NCBI GenBank assembly: GCA_965644295.1
Contig: CBFFRP010000058.1
Coordinates: 1 to 64,000 of the forward strand
DNA length: 64,000 nt
Source: Paraphysomonas bandaiensis
Lineage: Eukaryota; Protista; Chrysophyceae
Direction: 5' to 3'
The notes under the pieces are model-generated. The model was not told the DNA's origin. It did no database searches and saw nothing but the letters and a program-made list of their open reading frames with translations. The stretch's first letter is position 1. The number at the start of each line of letters is the position of its first letter. A program made the position numbers and the translations under genes. Of the stretch, positions 35,746 through 48,630 are shown in pieces.

Positions 35746-38700
35746 TAACAAAGTTTACAGAATTGAGTGTCAATATAACACATTAACACATCAATTATAA
35801 GGGGAGGTAGTGTAGGACTATCCACTTACATATAGAATATATACGTGTACATGTCCTGTATTATATGATTAGTAGTACAGTACTGTATTGTATACGTGTA
35901 CCATGTAGTTAGGAATACAAACTGTAGGGAATGTGATTGTTGGGATTAGCAATAGCCGTTGATATTGTAGACAGTATTATTAGCCGTTGATATTGTAGAC
36001 AGTATTATTAGCCGTTGATATTGTAGACAGTATTATTCATGATTCATTATACGATAATAATCATTATTTTGTACTTCTGTACTTGGGTATTGCTTTGCAC
36101 ACATACACATATGTATGCAAGCCCACAATCGTATATCAAAATACAAACCAGATCATCCTTCCCTGTTTTCTCTTTTATCCTCCGCAGGACCTTCTTATGA
36201 TTTCCACTAAAAAAAAAAACTCCTCCATAATAATCAACAACGCATTTTATCTGCAAATATTAGAGTAGGTTCCAACTGCACACAAGTAGGCCTAGCCCGC
36301 AAGCAATTTTCGAAACCAAATATCTCTCAGTATTGGACTTTAACTCACACAAATGATCACCATGTAGTCGACCTTCTGAACTGCCATATATAACCAGCTC
36401 TGATCCTTGTTCGTGCCTAAGGACCAAGTTCTCCTTCATAATATCACCAACTCATACTGAAATAAACTATCGACCAATGCATTGAACTCTTTCGACATTA
36501 TATCCTTCGCAGTAATGATGGATTTGTTTGAAAATAACACTCTCGAAAGAGTATACAGTAGTATCACACTCCTCCCAACAATGTCAACATTATAAACTCA
36601 CATGGAGAATGCAGATGCAATTATTTGTCATTCATTCAACTGCTGCCGATAACCATCATCGAAATTGAAACTTGCTGTCAGGAAAATCTCCAATAAATTT
36701 ATGATCAAATAATGTCGTCGCTACAATAACACTCCTGATAATATGATACTGTTGAACACATATTCTTCGTAACATCACACACAACCATCACGAATGCGTA
36801 ACTTTAAGAACCATTGGAATATAAATAACAACGGGTCATTCGAGGAAAAAAGAAAACACACACACTGTACCACTGCACGAATTAAATAATGTTGCATGGT
36901 CATTGAATTCACAAGCTGTCGAACACTGAACCGGCATTGTCGAAATACCAATCACTCCTTTCCTTTATAATTGTAGCACAATATTTGAACATAACTCATA
37001 ACGAACAACTGAACATCCGAATTACTTTGTCTCAAAGATTCTCACACAATCTATTAAGATCATCAACTAAATCCATACAAATTGCAGAACAAAATATATG
37101 TACTTTACTTCACCATGTAACATATACCCTATTATATGTTTGAGACACTTTTCAACTTATTCCGAATTAACTCTTCTTTTGCATTCATTGAAACAGTGAA
37201 GAACGACGAAGAACTATAACTGATCACACTGACAAAACTTTCACCCTGATCATTCAGTCTCTCCAAAAAAAAAAAACTTTGATACGCTGACACCTCATTC
37301 GCAACATAATAACTCTTTCTTTCAAAAGAAATCGTAACTTCACACAGTCGAATAATAACAGTACAAATCCCAGAAACCAACCAAACGAAATAAACGCACT
37401 GCTGCTTTGTATACCTACTAGGTCCTTGAATAAAAATAACCGTTATTTTAACTCTCGGGTTTCCCTCGTGTTGCTGTCACTCGGCGGGTGTATATACCTT
37501 TGAATAGGTTGTCGATCTCTAAATAAACTCTTGTATAGCCACATACACGACACAACCAAACCAGACCAGACCCCTGTAACATATATGATACTCTCCTGTA
37601 GCACACCCTCCTGAGCATGTGTACTGTTTCCATTGCCTATACACCCTCCTGAACTCTTGACCAAACATATCTATTTATGGTTAGAGTACCATGATGCCGC
37701 ACACAACTCAACAGTTCCCACAGAAGTCCTTGAACTGATTTATAACTCTGTGGTCCATTTCTCATCAATCGTAGGAACCATCTCCTGAATCTTTCATTCA
37801 TTTAACATAATCTTCAACTCCTAACTTCACCACCCGCACATCTCCACGCACATAGAACTTTCCACTTCCTTTCGACCCGGTATATATAAACAAGTGTAGC
37901 TCCATTTTTGTACCACAAGTTGAGCCTATATACCCAAATTCAAACTCTGCATGCGGTACAAACACAAAATTTTAACTGCTACTGTGATGCAATACCACTG
38001 ACACCACCGGCCGCTACCCAATAATACGGAGTATATTCTCCACTAAAAGCTTTTATGAAACTGATGCGCAAGAACAACCGGTACTCCTTTATCCACTGTT
38101 GGCATCGACCATACCGCAAGCTTTTAAAACTATGCTTCAGGAGCTGCCGGCTCTACAACAATTCTCGCAACGAGACTAAGTACCTTAACCTCATGACCAT
38201 CTATTTATAGAAACGCACGAGTTGACACAACTGCAGCCAATATAGATCTTCCGACTCCTCGTGTTCTCTTACCAACGACGCCCATTTATATCTTCTTGAC
38301 ACGTCCACACACATATATTATATATATATAATCCAATCCAATCATATGTCCAACTATCACAATATGAATCCCGGAAACAACTGTTCGATGCAACAGATTA
38401 GGTTGCCCTTAGCTAGTAGCAAACATGCGAAACATCTGATGTAAATACACCTCCTCTATCACTGACGGATTAACAGTAGCTCCTGGCAACAAGCACCATT
38501 TTCTAAATTGCCAACACCTGATACATATCTCGAGTCATCTACTGAACCCTCCTGAACATTATATTCACACTCAACTAAGACTCTGATATCAACATAATCC
38601 AACTGATGTATATGCCTTACGTAATAATATATACGGCTGTCGTACAACCAAATTTCCATGCCGATCCCACACTCAAATATACTCTCAACCTCAACACAGC

Positions 38701-39882
38701 AGCAACTTCTGTTTGCTCCTGAATCCACAAGGGCCATCACGCATGCATCCTCCCATTGATTCTGACCCTTATTCACCCCAACAAACCGCTGCATACACTC
38801 TGTCGATACTCCACTGGACCTAACTCATATTCTTCACTAATTATAACATCGCCCTCTTGATCGTTCTCTATGTTTGACGATCACAGACAACAACCGGACA
38901 TTCGCAAAAATCATGATACGTAAGATCCTGTTTCGAAGATCACCACTTTCCACGCATTCCAATCTCTGTCATTGACTTCTCAACGCCCAATGAAGGTGAG
39001 GCTAATGTTTCAGGAAAAGCCAGAGCAGGAGGAATATTGATGCCACCTTGGTACATTATAAACCAATCAACCCAGAAGAAACCATAAAAGTCAATCAAAT
39101 CCCCAACAAAGAATTACGTGCACTAGTTACACTCCTATTACGCCGTTGAACCACTCGAATAGTCATTATTTTGTACACAAGGGCCTCCTTATTTGATAAA
39201 CACTCCAAGAGGCCACAACAGGAGCAAACAGCTGGTGATCTGTGTTCTCCAAAATACCCGTGAAATTAGCCTTTTTCAATTCCTCTTCCACAGTCTCCTC
39301 AAACTCAAAAACAGCACTCCTTCACTCCATATACATACAAACTCTCTCTGCTCTTCCGGTCATCGTAACCAACTGCTGGAGCGACATGCTTCAGATAACA
39401 TACTCTCGAGAACAAGTTAATGTTGTAAGGCAATAACAAGCCACAAGTTGATAGTAAACGATAGTGTTATTAACTTGTTTTATCAGAGGTTATCTGTGAT
39501 AATAATGACTAGCATTCTAATCTATCTTCTATCACAGACTACACCTACAGCTCACTGCTTGGGCACATATATATGCCCTTACTCTATACCAATCCACTGT
39601 ACATATTGGACTGTACATATCCTACACCGTATTGTCATCATACACCGTATAATGGTATACCGTTACCCTACTGTAGCTGGCTGTCTACACTGTATATATC
39701 CTGTATACTATACATCCACAGTATAGTGCAATATACAGCAGTATACTATCAAACCAAGCTTTCACTCCAATGACAGCCAACCTCCTATACGGGGATGACA
39801 ACATTCTAATAATATATACACTACACTAATAAAAAGCCAAAGTGCAATATATCCATTCTTCAAAAATAACAAGATATTTGTA

Positions 39883-41515
39883 TTATTCTAAATGATCTTT
39901 ACAAGAGGAGTCTGTCACACAGCTTTTACAACTACATAGCACATGCGATGTTACAGACATGCACTTAATCGGAACGATAGTGGTCAAATTACACATATTC
40001 TGGACCCATAGCAGCGCAAAGCCTGTAATGATGACGGACATGTGACGCTGCGAAGGTGCAGCACAGTGAACATAAACACCTATCGATGTCGACATTACAG
40101 ATCTCCCGACTTTTTGTCCGAAAAATCTCACCAATTCTTTTCCAATATATCTGACATCAGAACTCAAAAACATGTACACCATGTCGAAGCATATTCCAAG
40201 AACAGAATATTCAGCCACTTTTAGTGCCCCATAGCAAAGCATCACTGTCATCATTCCAGGATACATTATTTGCCATATGAGACAGCAAGTTATAAGAATC
40301 GGTACTGCCAAAAGGACCCCAGATAATGAGTCATGGGTGAGAAACGAAGGAACTATAAACAACTGCAAGCACCCAGATATAACATTAACACATGAGAAAA
40401 AGTGACCAACCTATACTCTGTTAGTATAAATGTAAGTAGAAAGGTAAAAACACACCGCAACAGCCCGCTGCGAATTATCGTCAATACCGACTTGTATTGC
40501 CTCCTGGAACATAAGTGTAAGCATCGTAGCTACGATCTGGTGATACAAAGCTTCGACGAAAAGAACACGGACGACTTCATTTTTCCGGAACAAATTAAGC
40601 CAAGATATACACCCAGAACCGGAATTTCCCTTTTTTTTGGTACGATAGCTGCCTCTACCACAGTATCTCATGGACAACTCGAAGCATAATGACGACACTA
40701 TAATAGCAAAAGCAGCAGTACTAACAAGGCCTACACTAAAATCAGCGATATCGGGCCTTCACAAGGACTCAATACCTTTCACTCCCCCAAATTGATGTAC
40801 CACAATCCCGACTAAATAGCCACCAATGGCAGTCGTTACACTAATAACACCGGATATAGTGGCCAGATATTTTGATTGCGGTATTCCAAGCAGTGTTGAT
40901 ATGTGAGCCCGGTACTGAGTCGACAGCAACGTAAAATATCTGTGCAAAAAATCATTAAATCAATAAATATAAAGTATGGTGCACCTACATTTCTCGAAAT
41001 GAATAGAACAAAATCGCAATGTACTTTGCGCCAGTTTGAATGCCCAATGACATCTGAAGCGCAACAACTCCAACGAACACCACACACCCTGCCTCCGATA
41101 TCCGCAAGGTTGTTTTTGGACCTTTTTCTTGGATGGAATGGGTATACCAATACAGAACGACTGCGCCCACAGGTGTTCCAAAAAGTGCTGTCAAAGACAA
41201 AGCTTCGTTACCTAACCCAATGCCCTTCAATGATCATTACTGTGTGGGCCAATGGAAATTACCAGTCACTTAAGCTCACCTCAGCTCCAAGCAAAGCCAT
41301 CGACGCAGCCCGTACACATTCAAAGCCTATGCAATGCACGCATTGTGCACAAACTGTGAATACACATGCCACTATATCTGCCTCAGGTGACCCCATCATC
41401 AACTTTGCAAGCACCTCACATATACAACAGGCGAGTGGAAATAATAAAAGTGCGCTGAGTGAACCTTATTTAGGATACTGTGGTTCACGGCCCAACCACG
41501 TTGTGATGCCATCAT
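39883..41515 (-). pseudogene. TLC/NTT (ATP:ADP antiporter, AAA family)-like membrane transporter, multiply frameshifted
   Basis: Hydrophobic helices spread over several short minus-strand ORFs. LKVAEYSVLGICFDMVYMFLSSDVRYIGKELVRFFGQKVGRS matches the K..YS......M.Y.PL....R..GK.....G.(R/K).G(K/R)S signature. LFVEALY and ATMLTL resemble the preceding helix. Confidence 0.65.
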
Positions 41516-41615
41516 ATCAGGACTATCTGTCATGCATATAGGAGTCCCACACCTGCACCTGTATACTGGTAGTATATGGGTTGTATGTAGGTACTGTACG
41601 TTAGGGTATTCCTTA

Positions 41616-41825
41616 CACGCGTTCTTAACAAAAAAAAACCTACCCACAAATCCTACCTTTTTCAAAACCTCGGTGGTGAGGTTTTGGGTTTTCGTTTTGC
41701 GCCGTACTAACAAAAAAATCCTACCCATAAACCAGAGGATTTCGAAAACCTCCTATGGGTAGGTTTTGTAAAAGGTAGGATTTTTCCGAGGTTTTTTGGT
41801 AGGTTTTTTTTGTTAAGAACGGCTG
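41616..41825. mobile_element. MITE with imperfect TIRs of about 28 bp and TTA 3-bp TSD
   Basis: CA(CG/GC)CGTTCTTAACAAAAAAAA(A)CCTACC at both ends, inverted. TTA at 41613-41615 and 41826-41828. Confidence 0.75.
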
Positions 41826-43552
41826 TTAGAAATTTTGTTCCACCCTTTGCTCCACCTTTTGTTTTTTCGGATGTCTAGTGGTGGAAAAAACTGTACCCAT
41901 TTTTTTTCAGTTTATTTCCCATTCCAGACACCGTATCACACACAGTTTCAACAACTCTATAATTTGATATCAATTGAGCGACTGTAAGTCTGTTGATATA
42001 GAGTTTGTCATTGACAATATGGACTTTGAAGTTCTCTCTGAGGAAGAGTTTCAACTCAGGCAGGAGATGAAATACGTGGCTGAGAGATTGTCAATGATAA
42101 CATCGAACTGATTGTCAATACGAAGAGCACAAGAAGAATTGCCAACTTAAAGTAGATACTAATTCCAGGGAATTTAGAATCATAAGCTGTGTGCCTAGAA
42201 AAGAACCGCATGAGGAAGTAATTATGGTTTCTTATGGTGGAGGGTATGTGTTAGTCTCTAATAAGAAGTTCTATTCAAAAAAGAATTATTCATTTGTATC
42301 AGTCACTTTTACTGCTGCAAGTGATGGAATTGACAAAACTGAATAATACTTTCACTCTATGCTGATATTAGGGTATTCCTTATAGATTTAGTAACAGTTT
42401 TTCAGATCTACTTATCTACAGTTTTGGGATCCGAACCAATCAGTATAATGACAATGAGAAAAGCTCAAGCACAAGTGGTAAACTTCACGTTTAGAATGGG
42501 ATGAGGAATTTGATGCCACCTAGGCATTAACTCAGTGATATCATTCCTCTATTTTCAATATTTCCGGAGCGTTGTGGAGGCTCATTTAGAAGAACTTTTC
42601 AGTGTCGAAGAATGAGAATTGAGCTATCGTTCTTCAATAATGAACCAGCAGTGAACCTTATGTGCTAAGCATCTTACCAGCAATCTAACAGGCTTAAGAA
42701 GTTTGGGTTATCTAAGTGTTGTGAGTGCATGATATGGTGCAACCAAGATGAGTGTTAAAAGTTAAAAGGTGTATCACTGGGTGGGTATCTTTACGAGTGT
42801 AAAGATATGCAGCATGATTACTTTTAGCTACTTTTCTCTATCAATAGTGGAACATATTTGTGCATAGCAATTTAAGTGTAATGTCAGGTGTGATGGAATA
42901 TGCAATTGGCAGTGTCAATTATCAATTAGCCACGCACGACCATACTTCTAATACATAGGACTACAGTCATGTGCCTACGTAGCTGATTTGGTGATACCTA
43001 GCTAGTTATATATTGATTGCTAATTGCTAGTTAGAGTAATGATTATTTAATTTAATCGAAAATTCGAATGAAAGGTTTTGGTAATAAAGCAATAAACAGC
43101 TGAACGTGAAAACAATAACAAATGCGAAAATGTGTGATAGAAAATGAAATGCACACATTAATATAGAGTAGAATAACTAAATAGACGGTTGTCTCTGCGA
43201 TTGTTGTAGTGAACGGACATTGGTTCTTCTAATATTGCCACATACCACGCGTTTGTGGTAGTATTGATCCCTGGAGCCATCTCTGCTGACGATTTTGGCA
43301 TCACCAGAATTACTCATCCAGCGTGGGGCCTGCAGCTACTTTCTTTCTACTTGCTTTGTTACCCGTACTCCCTGCCCTTCTGGAGTCCAACTGCAAACTT
43401 CTTATTCTGCTGCTCCTATTGTCGCACACGTTCAACCTTGTTAGAGCACACAGTTCCCATGTGCCAGTCGTACCCGCAATAGTGTCCTCCAGCTGTGTCC
43501 GGTTGGTGGGTCAGTGCAGAATGCCTTCAAACCAAAGTGTTGTCAGACCCCA

Positions 43553-43716
43553 CACTAGTGAAATGGAGAAGTTCATAAGGTAGTTCGCTCAAGTTCATTG
43601 TTGCATGAACTACCTTATGAACTACCTTTTGAACTTTCACATTCCACACTTTTTTTATTAACTGCCTTTTGAACTACGTTATGAACTACCTTTTCAGCTT
43701 CCTGATTTCACTAGTG
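43553..43716. mobile_element. CACTA (EnSpm) MITE, 164 bp
   Basis: TIR CACTAGTGAAAT, 3-bp TSD CCA, and subterminal GAACTACCTT repeats in both orientations. Confidence 0.9.
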
Positions 43717-44562
43717 CCAAGCGAGTACGGAGAGTAGACTTTTTATCGCGCTGGGTACGCAGAACAATAAACTTTGCAGATGTTTTCTTGGGTTGACGAG
43801 GTTGTTACTCCCTTAAGCAAGGGGGCCTGATATACACCCATATCAGTACTAACACGCATGCATTTATTAGGATTAATATACGCACTTTATATTCTTCAAT
43901 TGTGTACTTTCGATGCACAGTGGGAGGTTCCACTTAAGGACACCAACCTATAGCCTCAACACCCTCTCTTTGGCCATGAACGGCATTGTGGGCCTTCCAT
44001 TGTCACTGCTGTCCGGCACAGTCAATTGCTTCAACACCGTATTTATAGCCCGTTTCTGGTGTAAGCATGCTGGCAGGGTGCTGCTTGAGACAGCTTCAAG
44101 TACTTCTCCAATTATTAGAGTGTGGCTCTAAGGATTCAGTCGCATTCCGCTGATTCCAGTATTATTCGTAGATATCTGATTGGATTGCTTTAACATTCTC
44201 TAACTAAGCAAACTAGAAATTTCAAAAGGATGACAGCGTGTAGTCAATAGCAATCAGTATAATGTATGTGTATAGTTTTTTATGATAGAGATGCTTATGG
44301 CAGGAGTGAGCAGTTCAAACTCTTTAAAAACAAAAAAATGACATGTTTTGAGGTGACTTCATTTCGAAAAGCGGCGGTAATCGTGAGCTCAAAAAAACAA
44401 AGCGGCGGCAATCGCAATCGTGCCCGAGTGGATCGAGTGGTAGTCGTAGTATTTTCTATACAGTTCACCTTTTCATAACACATCCACATGTACTGCGAGC
44501 TGCACAATGGAGATATCAGAGGTTAATATTGTCGCAGGAATTTACAAGGTATAGTTGGTATC

Positions 44563-44940
44563 ATGGCTCAAGGATCTATGAAGAAACGCGCAACAAAGCC
44601 GGTTGCTAGAAGTCAAAAGAGCGCGAAGATAACGAAGCAAATCTTGAAAGCAAAAAAGAAAACTAAGAAAGGAAGTTCTGTACAATTACCGAATAGCAAA
44701 TTTAGAGAAGAGGCTGAACTGGACAGGCGATTGTCACAGGCTATCAATAAGTCTAATGAGCAGAAGATAGCAGCGAAGGTTATTCAGGCTGGAGGGAAAA
44801 TTGGAACAAGCGATATTATGCAACGTGGAAAGGAGCTATCAAAGGAACAAAGGCGATCACAAGTCAAGAAAAAGGTTACTAGGGTCGAAGAAAAATTGAA
44901 GGCTATTACTGAAAAGGCTGAAAGAGAAGGGAAAATATAG
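44563..44940 (+). CDS. UPF0390 / Leydig cell tumor 10 kDa protein homolog (C19orf53-like) small basic protein
   Basis: Intact single-exon Lys-rich ORF starting MAQG..K, with the L..AIN...E..IA.K helix typical of this family. Recognised from memory, not searched. Confidence 0.7.
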   Translation: MAQGSMKKRATKPVARSQKSAKITKQILKAKKKTKKGSSVQLPNSKFREEAELDRRLSQAINKSNEQKIAAKVIQAGGKIGTSDIMQRGKELSKEQRRSQVKKKVTRVEEKLKAITEKAEREGKI

Positions 44941-46024
44941 GTTTAGCAACTATGTAGAGATCTGCTCCCATGTATCCTGCTATTAGTGTTATACATTATC
45001 GGCTTACATTCTTTCATGATGTGTTTCGAAATATATTTGTACTGGTAGTTATTACACTTAATATACGTATTGTTTTATTTTTCTTCTCATTATGCGATGG
45101 CTGTTTTTGAATTTGTAGTGCAACAAGTGAGGGCCACTGTTAGTTGCATCAACGAGGCCACCTACTACTGCACGCCTTGCCACGATGTTTATCACCAATA
45201 GTGTACGCATCGCGAGAAAATAAGTTGTATGTTTACATATAAAAGCGCGGGGGGAGGGGGTGCGTTGAGAGTGATCGGCGGCTTGTCTGTGTATCGTATG
45301 CCCAGAGCTCTCTTGGAAATTGACATTAATAGCAGATTGGGATATATTATTCAACCTAGTCAATTTGGTGGAATTTCCTAGTCATTCCATTTTCGGTGTA
45401 AAAACCTAGTCAAAGCCATAAATGACTCAACCTAGCCAAATATAGTATTAAACCTAGTCGTTCTTATATCCATTGATTACACATTGTGACTGTCTAAGAT
45501 ACGTGCACACACCACACAACATATTGATGGCTCGGAGAGCATCACAACAAACATAACAATTCATTCATATCTACATAACAGTGTATGTGTATGTATATGC
45601 AGCATATCTGTATACTATTATTAGTGTACGATGGGTCTCTTATCAGTGTTATGAGGAGGAGGAGTGGTCAGTGTAGCTGTGCTGTGGGCATACCCCCATG
45701 AATATACGTAGACAGACACCTGGCGATCTTCATACGCTATGAGTGAGATCGCTTACCTTCCTTCAGCGACTTGCTTGTTGAATGAGCGACTGCTTTGACT
45801 TCCAGGGCATGAATACCCCATGTTTCTAGACCGATTAAGAAAAAAGAGGGGTTTTCATGTCAAAGTCTGTGTATTCGTAAAAACAACATCACTGAAATGG
45901 ACTGCCTGCCTTTCCAGGAGCAGATCAAACGATGAGGAGTCCGTCGTACAGTGGAGCCCTTTAATCTCTCTGCCACGGGATGGATCACTGGCAGTCTCCC
46001 TCAGTAGTCTCTTGATGCTCCCAT

Positions 46025-46400
46025 TATGACCTGTACACTACAGTGGTTGTGCCCTCTACACTGCAGTGGTTATGACCTGTACACTACAGTGGTTATGATA
46101 TGTACACTGTAGTGGTTGTGCCCTCTACACTACAGTGGTTATGACCTCTACACTGCAGTGGTTATGATATGTACATTGTAGTGGTTGTGCCCTCTACACT
46201 ACAGTGGTTGTGCCCTCTACACTGCAGTGGTTATGACCTCTACACTGCAGTGGTTATGATATGTACACTACAGTGGTTGTGACCTGTACACTACAGTGGT
46301 TATGATATGTACACTACAGTGGTTGTGACCTGTACACTGCAGTGGTTATGACCTCTGCACTGCAGTGGTTATGATATGTACACTACTGTGACCTCTACAC
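46025..46400. repeat. 23-bp minisatellite, about 16 copies
   Basis: Unit of the form TACACT(A/G)CAGTGGTT(A/G)TG(ACCTG/CCCTC/ATATG), with an internal CACTGCAGTG palindrome. Confidence 0.92.
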
Positions 46401-46710
46401 CGCTGTTGGCCTTACTGACTATCCGTACATCACTTGCGAGGTATGTGCGAGACATATATTGTCTAGTATATATATTTACAATCTTGTGAGTGCTAATCAT
46501 AGTGTTATAGGTGCCTCAGTACTACAACTGTCCTCGGTTGTGGGACAATAGCCGCTGTTGGCCTTACTGACTATCCGTACATTACTTGCGAGGTATGTGC
46601 GAGACATATATTCTCTAGTATATACATTTACAATCTTGTGAGTGCTAATCATTGTGTTATGTACTATCATAGGTACCTCAGTACTACTAATGTCCTCGAT
46701 TGTAGAGCAA
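46401..46710. repeat. Direct duplication of about 152 bp
   Basis: CGCTGTTGGCCTTACTGACTATCCGTACA... occurs at 46401 and 46553. Confidence 0.85.
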
Positions 46711-46764
46711 TAGCCCCCTACTATAATTTTTCTCTGTGCAACTGCGTTTCACTGTTGCCTATAG

Positions 46765-48630
46765 GTGCACATCACTTGGGAGGTGTGTACGAGATATATA
46801 TTGTCCTGTACATATCTCCTTCGGCCGAGAAATTTCCACCTCATTACTCGAATATCAGTTCCACAAACTAGAACAATCTATCACCAAGATTCTGCTCCCT
46901 CTCTACAATGGAGGGATAAACATATATGCTCAAAAACAGAGGCTGCAGACATCACAACATCAAGGTGACACCAATGACGCAACTCTTTACTCCTGCAAGC
47001 TCACAACCACACCGCACACACTCTGCCACCTACCCGACAATCCTCCAGTCACCCCTAGAGCCAAGCCCCCCACGCGATCTCGCTCCCAACGCAGGCCTGC
47101 AAACCCGGTCCGGAAGCAAACGACCCTCACCACCAAACGAAACCCAGACTCGACTGGAACTCTCGGACCCTCTGTCACCAACTCACACTCACGAATCAAA
47201 ACCCCACGCTGGAAAAAGAGCCACCCCTCACCATCAGAGACTGGAACTGGATCCCGCACACCATCCCAATCAGAGCTACCACACTCCCCACCAAATATCT
47301 TGGAGTACTACTCCCATTCTCCCCAAAAGACACCGACTCCCATGCCTGGTGCGTCAACTACATCGCCACTTCCACAACATATCTCCGTTATAAGTGCGCA
47401 TCCCCAGAATGCAAGCTCCTAGTGCTCAACACTCAAATACTCCCGACACTCCTCTACAAAGCCACCAAAGCCTCCTGGACGTACGCCAAGTTCCTTGAAA
47501 TAGACACACTACTTGCACGCGCCGTAAGGGCAGTCCTGCGCCTACCCCCAGGATACCCCACAGCACTCATCTACCTCCCAACGAAGTACAAAGGACTTGG
47601 GTTACGCAAGTTCTCCACCTGTGCTCAGACCCAAAAGTGGCACACTCTGCAAAGAGCCATCACCCTTGGAGGCGAGCCCAAACAAGCTGCGATATCCATT
47701 CTACAACGCCACGACCTAAACCAACTCGACACTGACCTATACATCACTAGCCTAGTCCAATGGGGACAACAGCTTGGAATCCGGCTGCAGCCCCCATCAC
47801 CGGCTACGCCCCAATTCCGAGACACCATTGACAGGGTACAATCCCAACTCCAATTGTACGACGATCACCCACACGACTATCAAGCCATCTTCACTGATGG
47901 ATCCTTCACTCGCACCAATCTCACCCCCGCCCACCTACTCGGAACCTCGCACATCCAGAATGCCGCGCACACCGGGGGAGCAGCAATTGTGTGGCTCCCG
48001 CCCAAAAACAACTGGAGTCACAGACCAACCAAAATCCTTCACCTCACAACCCCGGAGCACTCCACACCTCTGGACTAACATCATACACATACGAGACCCT
48101 CGCGATGTCAGCTGCCCTAAGGTTCTCCAAAGTCATATCACCCACTGTGCCCATGTGTACTGACTGTCAGGCAGTTCAAACACGAACCACAGAAGCCCTG
48201 TCACGCAGGAGGAGAGCACTAGGCACGAAGCCACAGGGTGTCTTTTACGAATGCCTTGCCACAGAACATCACAAACAGCATCCAATCAAATGGGTTCGTT
48301 CCCACCCCGAACGCCGAACGCCAGACCAAAGTAAATGAACCTACAACGACCATGGCATCTACATAGCTGACGCGGCCGCCAGCGGGGACTGGACAACGAT
48401 CAACAAAATACTCGGCGCCACCAACTACAGAGTGGTCACAACTGAAATCACACACCTCCTAGAGGAATTCCTCACTACTGGTCAATGGCACTGGAGGAGA
48501 TACGACAAGTATCTTCTCACAGACAGTGGCCCCATGCTAGGGGACGTCACAGAACTCCAACACCAATGGGACCTCCACCAGTACACACTCACGAGAGATG
48601 GCACGTACGCCGACACCCTCGCCCATGGTT
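46765..48630 (+). mobile_element. Non-LTR retrotransposon subfamily C fragments (3' piece joined to an RT-thumb/RNase H piece)
   Basis: YQFHKLEQSITKILLPLYNGG piece, then from about 47210 IRDWNW, KYLGV, IFTDGS, CTDCQAV, WVRSH. Frameshifted. Confidence 0.85.

Larger units (their letters stand above)
30546..36127 (+). mobile_element. Full-length Ty3/Gypsy chromovirus-type LTR retrotransposon
   Basis: Apparently identical 317-bp LTRs (30546-30862, 35811-36127; TG...CA; 3x28-bp internal repeat), 4-bp TSD ATCG, PPT AAGGGGAGGTAG at 35799-35810. Confidence 0.97.
28375..39803 (-). mobile_element. Complete but internally decayed Ty1/Copia element with nested Gypsy and satellite
   Basis: 383-bp LTRs (28375-28757, 39421-39803; one mismatch seen), TSD TTCTA, minus-strand PPT AGGAGGGTG next to 28757. 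Remnant motifs run in PR-IN-RT order: VDSGA (~38720), CFAC (~38425), VDVSRRYKW (~38295), GHEVKVL (~38190), ILIY|DD (36135 / 30540). Confidence 0.9.

Noticed and set aside
40903-41541. 212-aa plus-strand ORF, and similar antisense ORFs such as 24126-24629 and 338-739
   Set aside because: These are shadows of minus-strand coding sequence with no recognisable motifs.
42019-42920. Possible decayed Harbinger-type transposase
   Set aside because: Only vague motif hints with many stops and no TIR/TSD pair; not supportable.
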